Source: Nitrosopumilaceae archaeon (lineage in GTDB: Archaea > Thermoproteota > Nitrososphaeria > Nitrososphaerales > Nitrosopumilaceae). From it: a DNA stretch of 64,000 nucleotides. This document shows, piece after piece, positions 30,186 through 41,431 of the stretch. The DNA is taken from the NCBI GenBank assembly GCA_965200155.1, contig CBDATR010000010.1:288001-352000 (forward strand). Reading direction: 5' to 3'. The translations under genes and the position numbers were made by a program. The notes below the pieces were generated by a model. The model did no database searches. It had not been told where the DNA came from and was given only the letters and a program-made list of their open reading frames with translations. The number at the start of each line of letters is the position of its first letter. The first letter of the stretch is position 1.

Positions 30186-31190
30186 TCAGCACCCGATTCT
30201 GAACTTCTCGTAACTGCCCTTGGCGGCGGGCACTGCCTGAATGTCCCGGCAATTACCGTCCTGCGTCACGGTCACGTATCCGGAACTATCTGGCGCATCA
30301 GAGTATGTCAGTGTTACACCCGCGGCAAATTCTACATATTCTCCGGCCCTTCTGCCCCGGAGTATGGTGGTGGGACCCACATGATCCCGTGCCTCCAGCA
30401 GTATGTCACCTGGCAGTGTCAGCATTTGTATGGTCCCGTTCTCTGCCTGGTTTCTGCCCACTACCATCTTTGTCTCATTATCCAGTCGATGCTGGCGGCC
30501 AACCTTCAGCAAGTCTATGTCATTGATTGTGGGGTTCTCTGTGTGATCAAATAGATCCTTGACCCGGAGACCAAAGATAGGATCCGTTAGCAGGCAGCCT
30601 CCTCCCGCATTGGGCGGATCCTTTATTCCCATCTCTTGGGCCATGGCTAACTGCGGTTTCCTACTTCGGCCCCTTATTATTCCTAGATCCTCCCGCTTGA
30701 TTAACCCGCTCTTTTCGGGTTCAGTAGCCGGAAGAAGGCCTCCTGAGAGCGGCCGGAGTATCTTCCCCTCCAATTGGGATTCTGCCTCTATGGTCTTTAG
30801 GGCCTTCCGGTGCTGGCTCATGGGTCGCTGGCCCAGCACTTCCCCGGATATTATAAACTCGGCCCCTATCTTTTCCATTTGATCCTTGGCCGCATCAAAC
30901 ATCATCGCCCTGCAGTCGACACACGGATTGAAGCCGGCGCCCCTGCCATATTTTGGAGACTTTAGCATCTTGATATACTCGTCTCCCAGGTATACTGTCT
31001 TCAAGTCAACATTCAGATCATCTGCGCGCTCCCTAATCTCAAAACCACAGCCCCGTCCACAATCAAAGTCACAAAAGGGGGTCTTTATTGCAACCGCAGA
31101 TACCTCAAATCCCTGCTTCTGCATCATGCGCACGGCCAGCTGGCTGTCCAGGCCACCGGATAGCAATGCTACCACCTTCTTCTTTTCCAT
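30186..31190 (-). CDS. PP-loop tRNA thiouridylase-like protein (ThiI/MnmA-related)
   Basis: LLSGGLDS, PCVDCR, GEVLGQRPMSQ, GGGCLLTD. Confidence 0.8.
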   Translation of the reverse strand: MEKKKVVALLSGGLDSQLAVRMMQKQGFEVSAVAIKTPFCDFDCGRGCGFEIRERADDLNVDLKTVYLGDEYIKMLKSPKYGRGAGFNPCVDCRAMMFDAAKDQMEKIGAEFIISGEVLGQRPMSQHRKALKTIEAESQLEGKILRPLSGGLLPATEPEKSGLIKREDLGIIRGRSRKPQLAMAQEMGIKDPPNAGGGCLLTDPIFGLRVKDLFDHTENPTINDIDLLKVGRQHRLDNETKMVVGRNQAENGTIQMLTLPGDILLEARDHVGPTTILRGRRAGEYVEFAAGVTLTYSDAPDSSGYVTVTQDGNCRDIQAVPAAKGSYEKFRIGC

Positions 31191-31223
31191 GTGATACGCT
31201 GGCATACTGTGTATATAGCACTA

Positions 31224-32040
31224 ACCATAAGTCCTTGCCCATGGTTTTTCGTGGCGCCGAAACCTCACACGATCGTCATCATGTTCATGTTATGTCGGAT
31301 TTCCGCCCCATGAACACAGGATGACTTGCTCCGCCTCCCGTTGCAGGATATTTCGCGCGGCATTTACGCCCGCGTGAGTATCCTGCGGACACTGGGTACA
31401 AATGAATTTGCCCCATAATGTTCGTGTTTTCTTGTCAATATTCCCATACACAAAGCATTTCTGGCTCGTGTGGTGACTGTGAGTCGAGATTAGATGGATT
31501 CCTTTCTCCTTGCACTTTTGTTCCAACTTTCTCAGGAACCCACCAACACGATTGTGTCGCATCATTCCATTAATATCGTGTTTCCGGTTGCCGCCGTGAC
31601 TGGTCATGGGTTTTAGAGAGGTTCTCGACACCGACCGAGTCCACACCGTCTGCGACTTGTTTGATGATGTGGTTCATCCGGTTCGTTGCAACGTTGCCAC
31701 CTTTCTTCCACAACCGGCGAATCTGCTTCTCTAATAGTTGCCGACTTCGACATCCAGTACCGTGATTCCCAGTGAAGATGAGGCTCTGGGCGAATCTGCT
31801 TCTCTAATAGTTGCCGACTTCGACATCCAGTACCGTGATTCCCAGTGAAGATGAGGCTCTGGGCGAATCTGCTTCTCTAATAGTTGCCGACTTCGACCCT
31901 TCAAGTGTGTGAGTCGACCCTTTAACCGGTTGATTTTTCCAGTATCTTGCGGTGCTCCATAGAATGGGAGGCTATCATTCCCGCTGAGTCGGCTGTGACT
32001 GCCAAGTGTTTGCCATCGACACCGCGATCAACGCCGGTTT
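31224..32040 (-). pseudogene. tnpB: TnpB remnant, copy 2, 5'-truncated at an IS5 element
   Basis: GVDRG RuvC-I, TSQKC, NAARNI; homologous to 6413-7067. Confidence 0.8.
31716..31897. repeat. Mini-array: three 36-bp repeats and two identical 37-bp inserts (unit 3)
   Basis: Repeats at 31716-31751, 31789-31824 and 31862-31897; single uninterrupted copy at 6543-6578. Confidence 0.92.
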
Positions 32041-32041
32041 G

Positions 32042-33159
32042 TAGTTTGTTGCATAACTGACTTTGATAGAACACAGGTTCGCTATGTCGTGATCTAATTT
32101 TCTACGCTGCAACCGCGTCCACCTATTTGTTGTACTTGGCTACCCTCATTGCGATTTCCTGTACTATTCCCATCTTCGCGACTATACTACGTGCCCGAAT
32201 ACTCGCTTGAATGAGAACACCGCTTTATTATGATATCAATTGCCCATCGCTTGTCATGCCGCCTTCCAGTTGTTTGTTTTCGGTTTTACCCTCTGACATG
32301 AGGCAGTTGTACACTTTTTGGCTTTCGCCCAGCTGATCCCGGACTGCAATCCCCGACGCTCACCTTTCCCTTGCATGATGGAATTCAGCCAAACCGGAAA
32401 CTCTGCTGGAGTTCGCGATTCTGACAAATATCATGTTATTCCTGTACGCGTATGCCCATCCGTTAGTAGCCCCTTGTACGCGTGCTTTTGTTCATCAGAC
32501 ATTTGTAATGTCAGGCGTGACTTGCCAACATCCGGCTGCTTCTAATTTTAATCTGGTAATTTCAGCAGCCCACCAGCTCCCTTAGTATCGGTGGGTCGCC
32601 GGTTTGCTCATCCGTGACTGCGGTTGCATGGATTAGTACGCTTTCCTCATCCACCAGCACGTGCAGCTTGCTGAATCTCCGTTTCACCTTCCATTCGTAG
32701 TCAATCCATTCACCACAGCTACACATTTCCAGTTCGATGGAGTCGACAATCATGGTCCATGTTTTATCGCGATTGGTACAGGCAACTAGGCGAGTCGCCA
32801 TTATCTATGTTGACATCAAGGTCTTGCATACGCCGGCATATTGTAGAGTAGTGTGAGGATTTGTATCCGTTGTGCATCATAAAAAAAGCCGGATAGCTAT
32901 GTCTGTTTCTCATATTTGTTGCGACATACATGGCGCCGACAACAATTATCTGGGCATCCAAATGGCGCACCCTCCACGAGGTATTGGGCCCAAATACATT
33001 CCCACTGGACATATTCGACGTTGTCAATAAATATTATCAAGTTTGTTGAAATATTCTCAGAAATTAATGCTTGGATCTAAGACTAACAAAGTGAGCAGGA
33101 ATTCGTAAACTTTCTCATCAGTGCAATTTTATTACATGATTGAGTTATGCAACAAACTA
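32042..33159 (-). mobile_element. IS5-family element (IS903-like ends), decayed transposase
   Basis: 17-bp perfect TIR tagtttgttgcataact; fragments GEW...KLHVLVD and FKRVFG. Confidence 0.8.
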
Positions 33160-33583
33160 TATCTACCCGGCAAGGAGTTATGGCGGGCGCTATACCATAA
33201 GTCTATGGTATGCAAGACGGGTACTTGACAAATACAGAATTTGTCATCCAGAGATTTATGGCGGGCGCTATAAATCCACCATATTCTAAAATGACTACTA
33301 GAATAGTGCATTACGCCTCTACTGCACGGGTATTACATAGTACAGAACAAGATTCCGCACACTGACTCTGGGAATACTGGTGGCCTATCCTAACAAAAGC
33401 GTGAATGTTATCTTTGGAGAGCTAAACGGCTATGCCTGCACGGCATTGTGGATATGTGAGTTCGACTGACACCTATCTGCGCATGTCTAATAGCAATGAC
33501 CTGTATGATTTGAGTACGGGATTGGATATACTGACAGATACCATACCTAAAATTTAAGAACGGCCATAGAAACATTTGCACTG

Positions 33584-34462
33584 TTGCCTGGAATCACCAT
33601 ATTATCGGGTACATCCTCAACTGACTTGGCCCAAAAACTGGCCAGCAGATTAGGTGTGGATTTACTCAACTGTGATATCCGGGTGTTTCCTGACGGTGAG
33701 TCCAAACTAACAATTCCACAAATGCCTCATGGCCATTGCATTCTAGTCCACTCCACAGGTCCCCCATCAGATACGAACTTGGTTCACCTCCTCTCCATTA
33801 TACACAAGATACACAATCATGTGGATAAAATAACGGTCATAATCCCGTATCTTGGCTATGCCAGACAAGACAAAGAATTCGTGGCCGGTGAGGTAGTTAC
33901 TCTCAAAGTTGTAGCCAATATACTCCGGGGGACAAACATTGATCGTATAATAACCATAGATATACACAGCATGGTGGGCTTGGAGTATTTCCATAATGCC
34001 ACTAATCTGACAGCAACCCCGGAGTTGGCGCGGTACTTTGGTACAAAGAGTCTGGAGAGGCCCATATGTGTGTCTCCGGACCGTGGTGGCCGGGAGAGAG
34101 CTGCTTCATTCGCGTACATATTGGGAATAGAGAGTCTAGCCTTAAACAAGATACGGGATCGTGATACCGGCGCCGTTACCATAAAGAACGACAATGTGGA
34201 TGTTTCTGGTCGTGATGTGATACTGGTGGATGATATGATAAGTACGGGTGGTAGCGTGATCAAGGCTACTGCATTTCTCAAGGAACAGGGGTGTGGTAGG
34301 GTTTTTGTTGCATGCACCCATGCTTTAATGGTAGACAAGGCGTCTCGCAAAATAATCGATGCGGGAGCGGCAGAGATAGTTAGTACAAACACGGTACCCG
34401 GCAACACGGCCGTTGTAGACATGTCTGGTGCTATACACAAAGCCTTGATAAAGAATCAATAA
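33584..34462 (+). CDS. prs: Ribose-phosphate pyrophosphokinase
   Basis: FPDGE, PYLGYARQDK, VSPDRGG, VDDMISTGGS. Confidence 0.95.
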   Translation: MPGITILSGTSSTDLAQKLASRLGVDLLNCDIRVFPDGESKLTIPQMPHGHCILVHSTGPPSDTNLVHLLSIIHKIHNHVDKITVIIPYLGYARQDKEFVAGEVVTLKVVANILRGTNIDRIITIDIHSMVGLEYFHNATNLTATPELARYFGTKSLERPICVSPDRGGRERAASFAYILGIESLALNKIRDRDTGAVTIKNDNVDVSGRDVILVDDMISTGGSVIKATAFLKEQGCGRVFVACTHALMVDKASRKIIDAGAAEIVSTNTVPGNTAVVDMSGAIHKALIKNQ

Positions 34463-34478
34463 TAATCAGAATTAATGG

Positions 34479-35618
34479 GTGAGGGACATGGTGAAAAGCA
34501 ATTATGAAATATTGGGAATAGAGGAAGAGGCTACACCCAAAGATATACGTAATGCATTCCGTCGGTTGGCACTACAAGCACACTCTGACAGGGGGGGCAC
34601 CAGTACCGAGTTCATAAAGATAAAACAAGCCTATGAGGATCTAAAGGTAGGCAAGAAATATCCGGACACCCCACTAGAAAAACTTCGAAACTCGCGTGTA
34701 TTCTCTGGAGATACAGACGCAGAGATTAGGCGGAGGAACGAGGTTATAGGTCAGGAACTGAGTGCAGAGATGAGGGCAGCTCAGGAATGGGCTGGTGCAA
34801 TTTATCGCAGTGGTATAACCGGGAGCAGAATGTTTGGCTCAAAAACTATGGGAGAGATGGAGTTTGAGGTAAAAGACAACAGGACACTATTCATGAAGGG
34901 AAACTATATGGCCGGGAGTCTAAAGTATTCCGGTCCTGTATTGCTTCAAGGTAACATTTCCAGTCCATCATGGACAAACGAGTTTCGGACTAACATTGTT
35001 GTCGGTGATGGAGACTTTAAGCTTCTCAACCCCTTGGTGAATGGATACCGAATCGAGAATGGAGCCTCTATCACATCTCATACTGGCAATATTGTGATGG
35101 GTAATGTCTTTGGGAGAAAGTTTAGGGTTGAGGATCCCGGTGGGCGCGTGGGCGTATACACGATCCGGGAACACCGTACTCATCTACTGGCTCCTAGAGG
35201 GCGCGTTATCGTTGAAAATGCAGTAAACACCGTACTCCTAGAGGGTGATGTCGTAATAATTCTCAATCTGGAAGATGATGTCGTGATATCTGGACGTGAG
35301 ATTCTCATATATGGTAATAAGATGACTTACGACTGCATTATACGACTAAAGGCCGGTGGCATGATACGATTCTTTGAAACAAACTCCTTTGTGGGGCTGA
35401 GCGATGATGCTATAATAGAGTTGGATAACGGAAAACGGCTGTATCTTCGTGACATAAAGTCAAAAAAGATACACAGATTGGCTGAGGGATTGGTGACAAA
35501 TTTGGGTCAATATGACAAAAACCAAACCATGGTGGGTGGAGGTTTCTCCATAACATATGACATGCTGGATAGTGTGGCAAGGAACCCCGGTAAAAAACGC
35601 AAGATTTTTGGTGTATGA
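34479..35618 (+). CDS. J-domain (DnaJ-like) protein
   Basis: YEILGI..IRNAFRRLAL..HSD (HPD variant)..FIKIKQAYE. Confidence 0.8.
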   Translation: MRDMVKSNYEILGIEEEATPKDIRNAFRRLALQAHSDRGGTSTEFIKIKQAYEDLKVGKKYPDTPLEKLRNSRVFSGDTDAEIRRRNEVIGQELSAEMRAAQEWAGAIYRSGITGSRMFGSKTMGEMEFEVKDNRTLFMKGNYMAGSLKYSGPVLLQGNISSPSWTNEFRTNIVVGDGDFKLLNPLVNGYRIENGASITSHTGNIVMGNVFGRKFRVEDPGGRVGVYTIREHRTHLLAPRGRVIVENAVNTVLLEGDVVIILNLEDDVVISGREILIYGNKMTYDCIIRLKAGGMIRFFETNSFVGLSDDAIIELDNGKRLYLRDIKSKKIHRLAEGLVTNLGQYDKNQTMVGGGFSITYDMLDSVARNPGKKRKIFGV

Positions 35619-35736
35619 TTTTATACCATTTGAACAGAGTTACATCTGCTGCCATATTCAGTATAGTGTTAACAGCCAGATCAAAGACCATCGTAGATGA
35701 CATTTCCTAAGTCCTTCTCGGATAGCACATTGGCGG

Positions 35737-36028
35737 GTAATTGCTTAAGTCACTCTTTCATTTACCACCAAAGCAGAGACTAAATCCTGTTATTTCGTAT
35801 GAGTTCACCTGTGTTTAAATTTACGCATAACTGATCGCGACAGTTAATGTGATTTGTGCACAAGATTCCGGAAGACGTGAACTCATACGTTATTTCACTA
35901 CACGACATTTGCATAGCAATGTAGCACAGGACTGGCAAGGATCATTCCCTATCGGTTTGGAACGCTTATGTTTGACGGATTTTGTGTTATGAAAACATAC
36001 CTCAATTCGGAGCGACCTAAATGGTTAT
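35737..36028. mobile_element. Degenerate MITE of a second family, interrupted by a 92-bp MITE
   Basis: Ends gtaattgcttaagtcactctttca / ggagcgacctaaatggttat; internal similarity to 55137-55308. Confidence 0.65.
35797..35888 (-). mobile_element. 92-bp MITE
   Basis: TSD gttatttc. Confidence 0.95.
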
Positions 36029-36107
36029 CATTAGTGGTATGCTCTTTGTCAAAATTTACGTACCGTGATTTATGTACGTGATTGGGAAAGACGTGAACTC
36101 ATATTTT

Positions 36108-36199
36108 GTATGAGTTCACGTCTTCCGGAATCTTGTGCACAAATCACATTAACTGTCGCGATCAGTTGTGCGTAAATTTAGACACAGGTGAACTCATAC
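36108..36199 (+). mobile_element. 92-bp MITE inserted at a relic MITE end
   Basis: TSD catatttt; preceded by aagacgtgaactcata. Confidence 0.93.
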
Positions 36200-36209
36200 C
36201 ATATTTTGT

Positions 36210-36749
36210 CTAGAATCCGGGGAGCATAACTCCTGCATCGCGGACCATCTCTATCATCTGATGCTCTATTAGACCTCCACCTAGGAGCAATCCTGCCACC
36301 ATGCCTACTTCTATGAGAATATTCCTCAAGTCTTTCTTTATTCCTTCACGCCTGATTATCATTATGGTGAGCAATAAACTCCTAGAACTTGCAATTGAGT
36401 AAGCCGTTAGTTCCATTATACCGAATGGTGTTAGGAACAATATTGACAGTGGCTGAATGTCGATCAGTAAGGGGTTTAGTGTAGCTAGAGCTGCAAACGT
36501 AAAACCGGTGGACCAGGCAGAGAAGAGACTAAGGGCTACACCGAAACCGGGTACAAACATGGGAAGTGCCAATGTTGTGTTATGAAAGAATATCCCAGCA
36601 CCGTCAATTCCATCTATAATCTCCATAAACTCATCTACCAGCGCCTGGGCCTGCTCGGGTGTATGCTCGTGCATGGTTCCGGCATAAAATGTGATGGCAA
36701 AGAGTCCCATCATCCCAAAGAAAGTAACAATCCTCCACACAACCCTCAC
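36210..36749 (-). CDS. SpoIIM-family membrane protein
   Basis: IFFHN, TPFGIMEL.AY, C-terminal ..IE; multiple TM helices. Confidence 0.8.
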   Translation of the reverse strand: MRVVWRIVTFFGMMGLFAITFYAGTMHEHTPEQAQALVDEFMEIIDGIDGAGIFFHNTTLALPMFVPGFGVALSLFSAWSTGFTFAALATLNPLLIDIQPLSILFLTPFGIMELTAYSIASSRSLLLTIMIIRREGIKKDLRNILIEVGMVAGLLLGGGLIEHQMIEMVRDAGVMLPGF

Positions 36750-36826
36750 TCCTAAAATGATATATTTGAACTCATACGGACCGTTTCACGAACGTGATTG
36801 GACTGGCCACATCCGGGATTCATTCA

Positions 36827-36949
36827 GTAACCGTTAAGGTGGCGTAAAAGATCAGACATCTATACATGGGCATATGTGTGACAAAAAAACAAGAGTGGTA
36901 TGTTGCAGTGTATCTCAAACAGTTGTCTAGGGGTGACCTAAACGGTTAC
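36827..36949. mobile_element. Degenerate second-family MITE
   Basis: Inverted ends gtaaccgttaaggt / acctaaacggttac. Confidence 0.55.
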
Positions 36950-37128
36950 CCGTCACCAATGGCACACCTATTCAATAATTAGAAAAAATACAGTAGTCAC
37001 TAGCATGCCTGCGCCTCGTCATGCGAACCTAAACCATACTATTTGTCACGTAGCGCCGGTACCGGCGTCGTACGTAAATCTAGACACTCATACTGCCAAG
37101 CCATTGATGGGAAAAACAGGGTTCGGCC

Positions 37129-38073
37129 TCATACCTTTGAAATCTTGCCATCAATGTCCAGTTTTTTCTGCATTAGTACAACACCATTTCGTATAGTAAC
37201 ATCGCTAACTCCCGTAATTCTTGATAGTGTCCTCTGTGTTACCCGTTCTTCTGTAATTAGGCATGCGATATAGATTGCCGCCGCAGCCATAGCCATGGGG
37301 TGCTTGCCTGCAGTAAGCAGCTTCTTTTCACTTTGCACAAGTATGTCTAGGGCATGTCGTTTCGTGATCTCGGAGAGGTTTATGTTGTTGGCTATCTTTG
37401 TTACAAACGAGGATATTTCATATTGATTTAGGCGAATATCCAACTTTTTGAGTATTACGCGCACATCCCGGAGTAGCACTTTTCTTTCAACATTAGTAAC
37501 TGCCAACATGTCATCCAAAGTTCTTGGTGTGTCACTTTCTCTGCAGGCTATGTATAACGAAGCAACAGTCAATGAAGTTATAGTTCTGCCTCGTGTAAGT
37601 CCGGCCGACACAGTTTTGCGGTATATGTAGGCAGCTCGTTCTACCACATTATTGGGTATGGCAAGTTTGGTCTTCATTGAATGCAACAGAGTAAATGCTT
37701 TACTTAGTGTGGCAGCCGAGCGTGACTTACTCCTCTGATCCCACATTCTAAGTCGTGTAAACTTGTTTTTGGTTTTAATGGAGAGTGTATTACCACCAGA
37801 GTCCCTATTATTTCCTATTATGGTGGACAGACCATTATCGTGCATTACAATAGAAGTACGAGGACCAGTGCGTGTTTGTGCACTAAATTCTTCTGCCGTA
37901 TGCGCCGCGGTATCGTGGGAAATGTCCGGCATATAATCAATCATTATAGTTCCACATCCTTCACAGAATACCTCGCCTCGCTCTTCATCTGTAACATATG
38001 AGGAATTACAGGATGCATCTGAGCACTTTCCAAAATTATCATCATATAATGCCATAGGTATATTATATACCAC
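37129..38073 (-). CDS. tfb: Transcription initiation factor B
   Basis: Zinc ribbon GEVFCEGCG, RTGP..HDNGLSTII, two cyclin repeats (LYIACR, TIRN). Confidence 0.93.
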   Translation of the reverse strand: MVYNIPMALYDDNFGKCSDASCNSSYVTDEERGEVFCEGCGTIMIDYMPDISHDTAAHTAEEFSAQTRTGPRTSIVMHDNGLSTIIGNNRDSGGNTLSIKTKNKFTRLRMWDQRSKSRSAATLSKAFTLLHSMKTKLAIPNNVVERAAYIYRKTVSAGLTRGRTITSLTVASLYIACRESDTPRTLDDMLAVTNVERKVLLRDVRVILKKLDIRLNQYEISSFVTKIANNINLSEITKRHALDILVQSEKKLLTAGKHPMAMAAAAIYIACLITEERVTQRTLSRITGVSDVTIRNGVVLMQKKLDIDGKISKV

Positions 38074-38472
38074 TCCGTCATATAAAAACGGCAGTTTATA
38101 GGCTAAAATTTACCAAAAATTAATAATTGCAGTAAAAATTGCAAATTACTTACTATGAAGTATATTCAAATGGGTCAGGGAATCCAAAGTAGCAAGTTTT
38201 GTGTGTGATCGTTGAGCTTTGTAGACCGATTTGCATAATGACCAATTTTGCTAGACGAAACATTCTAAATAAGTTTTATGTAATGTATAAAAAGTCGGTC
38301 CGCTAGTCATTGGCATCCTGCTCCATCCATTTTGCATCATTTGCCCTAATTGTTTGGGTTGCCTTTTTATTACTGAAGCGGTGTCTCGCCGTTATCTATA
38401 TCCAGTGAGAAGTGCAATCTTCTCTCATTGTAGTAGTCTACATAATCCCGGAGACTGTAATAATGCCATATC

Positions 38473-38564
38473 GTATGAGTTCACCTATGTCTAAATTTAC
38501 GCACAACTGATCGCGACAGTTAATGTGATTTGTGCACAAGATTCCGGAAGACGTGAACTAATAC
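38473..38564 (-). mobile_element. 92-bp MITE
   Basis: TSD gccatatc/accatatc. Confidence 0.9.
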
Positions 38565-38756
38565 ACCATATCTCGTCCTCAATCGTTCTATGGAAGCGCT
38601 CCAGTTTACCATTTGTCTGCGGGTGGCATGGCCTGGAATTGATTAGTATGATGTCTTGATCCAGCAGTTCTTCCTAGCATAGCGTGGGTTTCCAGCTTTT
38701 CTTGCCCTTTTATTGTCCTACGAAACACGCGCCGTTATCAGATAGCATGGATGCAG

Positions 38757-38864
38757 GGGCGCCGAATCGTTTCGTTGCCCGTCTCAGTAATATGCCATAT
38801 CCTTGTAACGAACCATGATTGGAACAAAGGGCGCCGAATCGTTTCATTGCTAGTCTCAGTAATA
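38757..38864. repeat. 36-bp duplication (3 mismatches) flanking a 36-bp insert (unit 4)
   Basis: Repeats at 38757-38792 and 38829-38864; empty site at 23941-23976. Confidence 0.9.
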
Positions 38865-39781
38865 GAACGGCGTTCTCTGAGGTTGCATGCTCAAATAGTG
38901 CCGCCCCGACGATGCATCATCTATGAGATTCAGTCCCTCGAAGCGCTCATCTTTCATGACATGCCAGTGCCACATTGCATTGGAATATTTACGCTCATAG
39001 TGTACCCACTCTGACTTTGCAGGTGATGATCCTGCCGTACCGTTCTTTTTCATTATGCGATATACTGCGCGATATATTGTCATTCTGTCTAAGCCTCTTT
39101 GCAATACGTACTACTCCGGCGGGATCCTTGCTGTATGCTTCAGTTACCATTCGTATCTGGGTGGCGGTGATTGGTATCATGGGCCTGCCTATCTTTACTC
39201 GAGTCGTTCCCGTCCTCTGGTTCACAATCTTCGTACGTGTCTTGTTTCAGGTCTTGAGCTATTTTGGTTGTGGCAACGCCTCTTTTGTCTTGATTCCTCT
39301 GTTATTCTCTTTACCATCTGGCTTGTGCAATCTGGACTACTGTACGCCGGATCCTAAGCGGACTTTTCGTACTATTGATAGTAAAATAACAGGATTTGGT
39401 AGCACATATAGCGAACACCATAAGTCTTTGACATGAAGGACGGGGATTGTATGTCAGATGTAGGATTTGTTACCGAGAAACTTATGGTGACCGCTATAGG
39501 AGAAATTACTTAGTCGACCTAGACGGTTACTCCCACCCCAGTTACACACAAATCATACCAATAGCCTTTGCATAATAATCCCCTATAACGTCACAATTTT
39601 TAGACCAAGCCACTATTGAGCGGCAGTTTTACATTGTATGCAACTTGTACACACAATCTGAAAGTCAAAGTAGTAGTGATCTGAGTTCGCGTATTGCCAA
39701 TCCTGTGCATGAATGGAGTATGTGTGAACCCATGCAATAATTCATGTACGATACATATAGACGCCTATGAATTAGGGAGTA

Positions 39782-40495
39782 ATGGGGGTTCGCATAATGG
39801 AGGTATTTACCTCTGTGGAAGGGGAAGGTATACTCTATGGTACAAAAACCCTTTTTGTCAGGCTAGCCGGATGCCCCTTCTCCTGCGGTTACTGTGATAC
39901 AGTGGAGGCTCTACCAGCCGATTCAGGAGAGGAGTATGAGATAGACGAGGCCAAAGCGTTGGTGGACGATAATCTCCAGCAACACACCTACAAGGTCAAC
40001 TTTACCGGTGGCGAACCCCTAGTACAACACAGGTCTGTTGCTATATTGGCGAAGCATGTAAGAGACAGGGGCATTCCCACATACCTGGAATCATCTTGTT
40101 TTAGTGCGTCGCGTTTTAGGCATGTGTTGCCACATATGGACTATATCAAGATAGAATTCAAGACGCCAGAATCAGGATTTGTAGGTGCAGAAGAACACGA
40201 CTCACTGCAAAACGAGGCCATGTTGTGCCTTAAGGAGTCCATTAAGGCAGGCAGGACTACCTATGTCAAAGTCGTGGTAGGGGAACAGACCACACTCAAA
40301 TACATACAGGCGCTGGTGCGCGACGTATTTGATGCAATATCTGCGCATAGACTGGCAGGTTTTACCATACAGCCGGTTTATGGCGCCGGAGCGCCGTCTC
40401 TGGCCTTGTTGCTACAGATGTATGACATTGTGCATTCACTATACCCCGATGTGCGTATATTGCCCCAAATGCACAAATATTTAGGGGCACCATAG
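39782..40495 (+). CDS. queE: 7-carboxy-7-deazaguanine synthase (radical SAM)
   Basis: EVFTSVEGEG, FVRLAGCPFSCGYCDT, FTGGEP, PQMHK. Confidence 0.9.
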   Translation: MGVRIMEVFTSVEGEGILYGTKTLFVRLAGCPFSCGYCDTVEALPADSGEEYEIDEAKALVDDNLQQHTYKVNFTGGEPLVQHRSVAILAKHVRDRGIPTYLESSCFSASRFRHVLPHMDYIKIEFKTPESGFVGAEEHDSLQNEAMLCLKESIKAGRTTYVKVVVGEQTTLKYIQALVRDVFDAISAHRLAGFTIQPVYGAGAPSLALLLQMYDIVHSLYPDVRILPQMHKYLGAP

Positions 40496-40836
40496 CGGTA
40501 CGAGTTCACCTCTAATTATGCATCGATGATACAGTGTCCAAAATTAGACGCAGGTTTATCAAAGATTATCATGTTTTGTTGCACAGATTAAATGGAAGAA
40601 AACAGCCTTGAGTCAGAGACCGAACTGCCTGCAAGAGACTTGTGCAAATTTTAGACCCCGTGAGCCATAGACACGTCAAGCCAGACTACTTTCAATGTAG
40701 GACGTCGTACATGGGAGTCTACTAGAATAGACCTTATGCGCATGATTGACAGTAACAGCCTAGGTTGCTTCAAACTGGGGTGTATTTTATGGCACACAAT
40801 CAGTCAAGCATGAACAATGTGAATGGCACCTGCCAG

Positions 40837-41166
40837 GTATGAGTTCACGTGTTTTGATCATTCACTAAGATGTATAGATTGGTATGACAATATTTTGCTT
40901 AAATACTAAATTTGCAATAAGAATCTAATGAGAAGACGCCGGTCCTATAAGGAATTGGAACTGAAAAATCGTATGAGTTCACGTCTTCCGGAATCTTGTA
41001 CACAAATCACATTAACTGTCGCGATCAGTTATGCGTAAATTTAGACACAGGTGAACTCATACCCTGTGTCTTCTCATTATTCTTATTACAAATTTTGTAT
41101 TTAAGCAAAATATTGCCATACCAATCTATACATCTTAGTGAATGATCAAAACACGTGAACTCATAC
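40837..41166. mobile_element. Foldback element: two inverted IS66 left ends around a 92-bp MITE
   Basis: Both arms match the IS66 left end (8738 onward); whole unit flanked by TSD cctgccag. Confidence 0.88.
40971..41062 (+). mobile_element. 92-bp MITE (no TSD of its own)
   Basis: Consensus match. Confidence 0.92.
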
Positions 41167-41339
41167 CCTGCCAGCGCTAACGTATGCCGTGATTGCAAAT
41201 ATCGTGTAGTGGGGTGACCGGATCTTGATGACGTATATCATGTGATCTAAACGGTTACCACAAAACCCATTAATTTAGTGGATTTTCTGATGAGTAATAT
41301 TCGAATTATAATATCATGGAAATTATGGACAGATATTTT

Positions 41340-41431
41340 GTATGAGTTCATCTGTGTCTAAATCTACGCATAACTGATCGCGACAGTTAATGTGATTTGT
41401 GCATAAGATTCCGGAAGGCGTGAACTCATAC
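41340..41431 (-). mobile_element. 92-bp MITE
   Basis: TSD gatatttt. Confidence 0.93.

Larger units (their letters stand above)
38279..39378 (-). mobile_element. IS481-family element, degenerate (copy 3) with two internal insertions
   Basis: Same ends; contains the MITE at 38473-38564 and the repeat-insert unit at 38757-38864. Confidence 0.82.

Noticed and set aside
31716-31897. Canonical CRISPR array
   Set aside because: The repeat is tnpB coding sequence, both spacers are identical, and there is no leader or cas gene; recorded as a repeat instead.
32060-32560. N-terminal part of tnpB copy 2
   Set aside because: Lies inside the IS5-family TIRs (32042-33159) and shows IS5 transposase C-terminal motifs.
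33178-33273. 17-bp direct repeat ttatggcgggcgctata with period 79
   Set aside because: Does not extend to 36-37 bp, so it is outside the pattern; possibly an old TSD, but unsupported.
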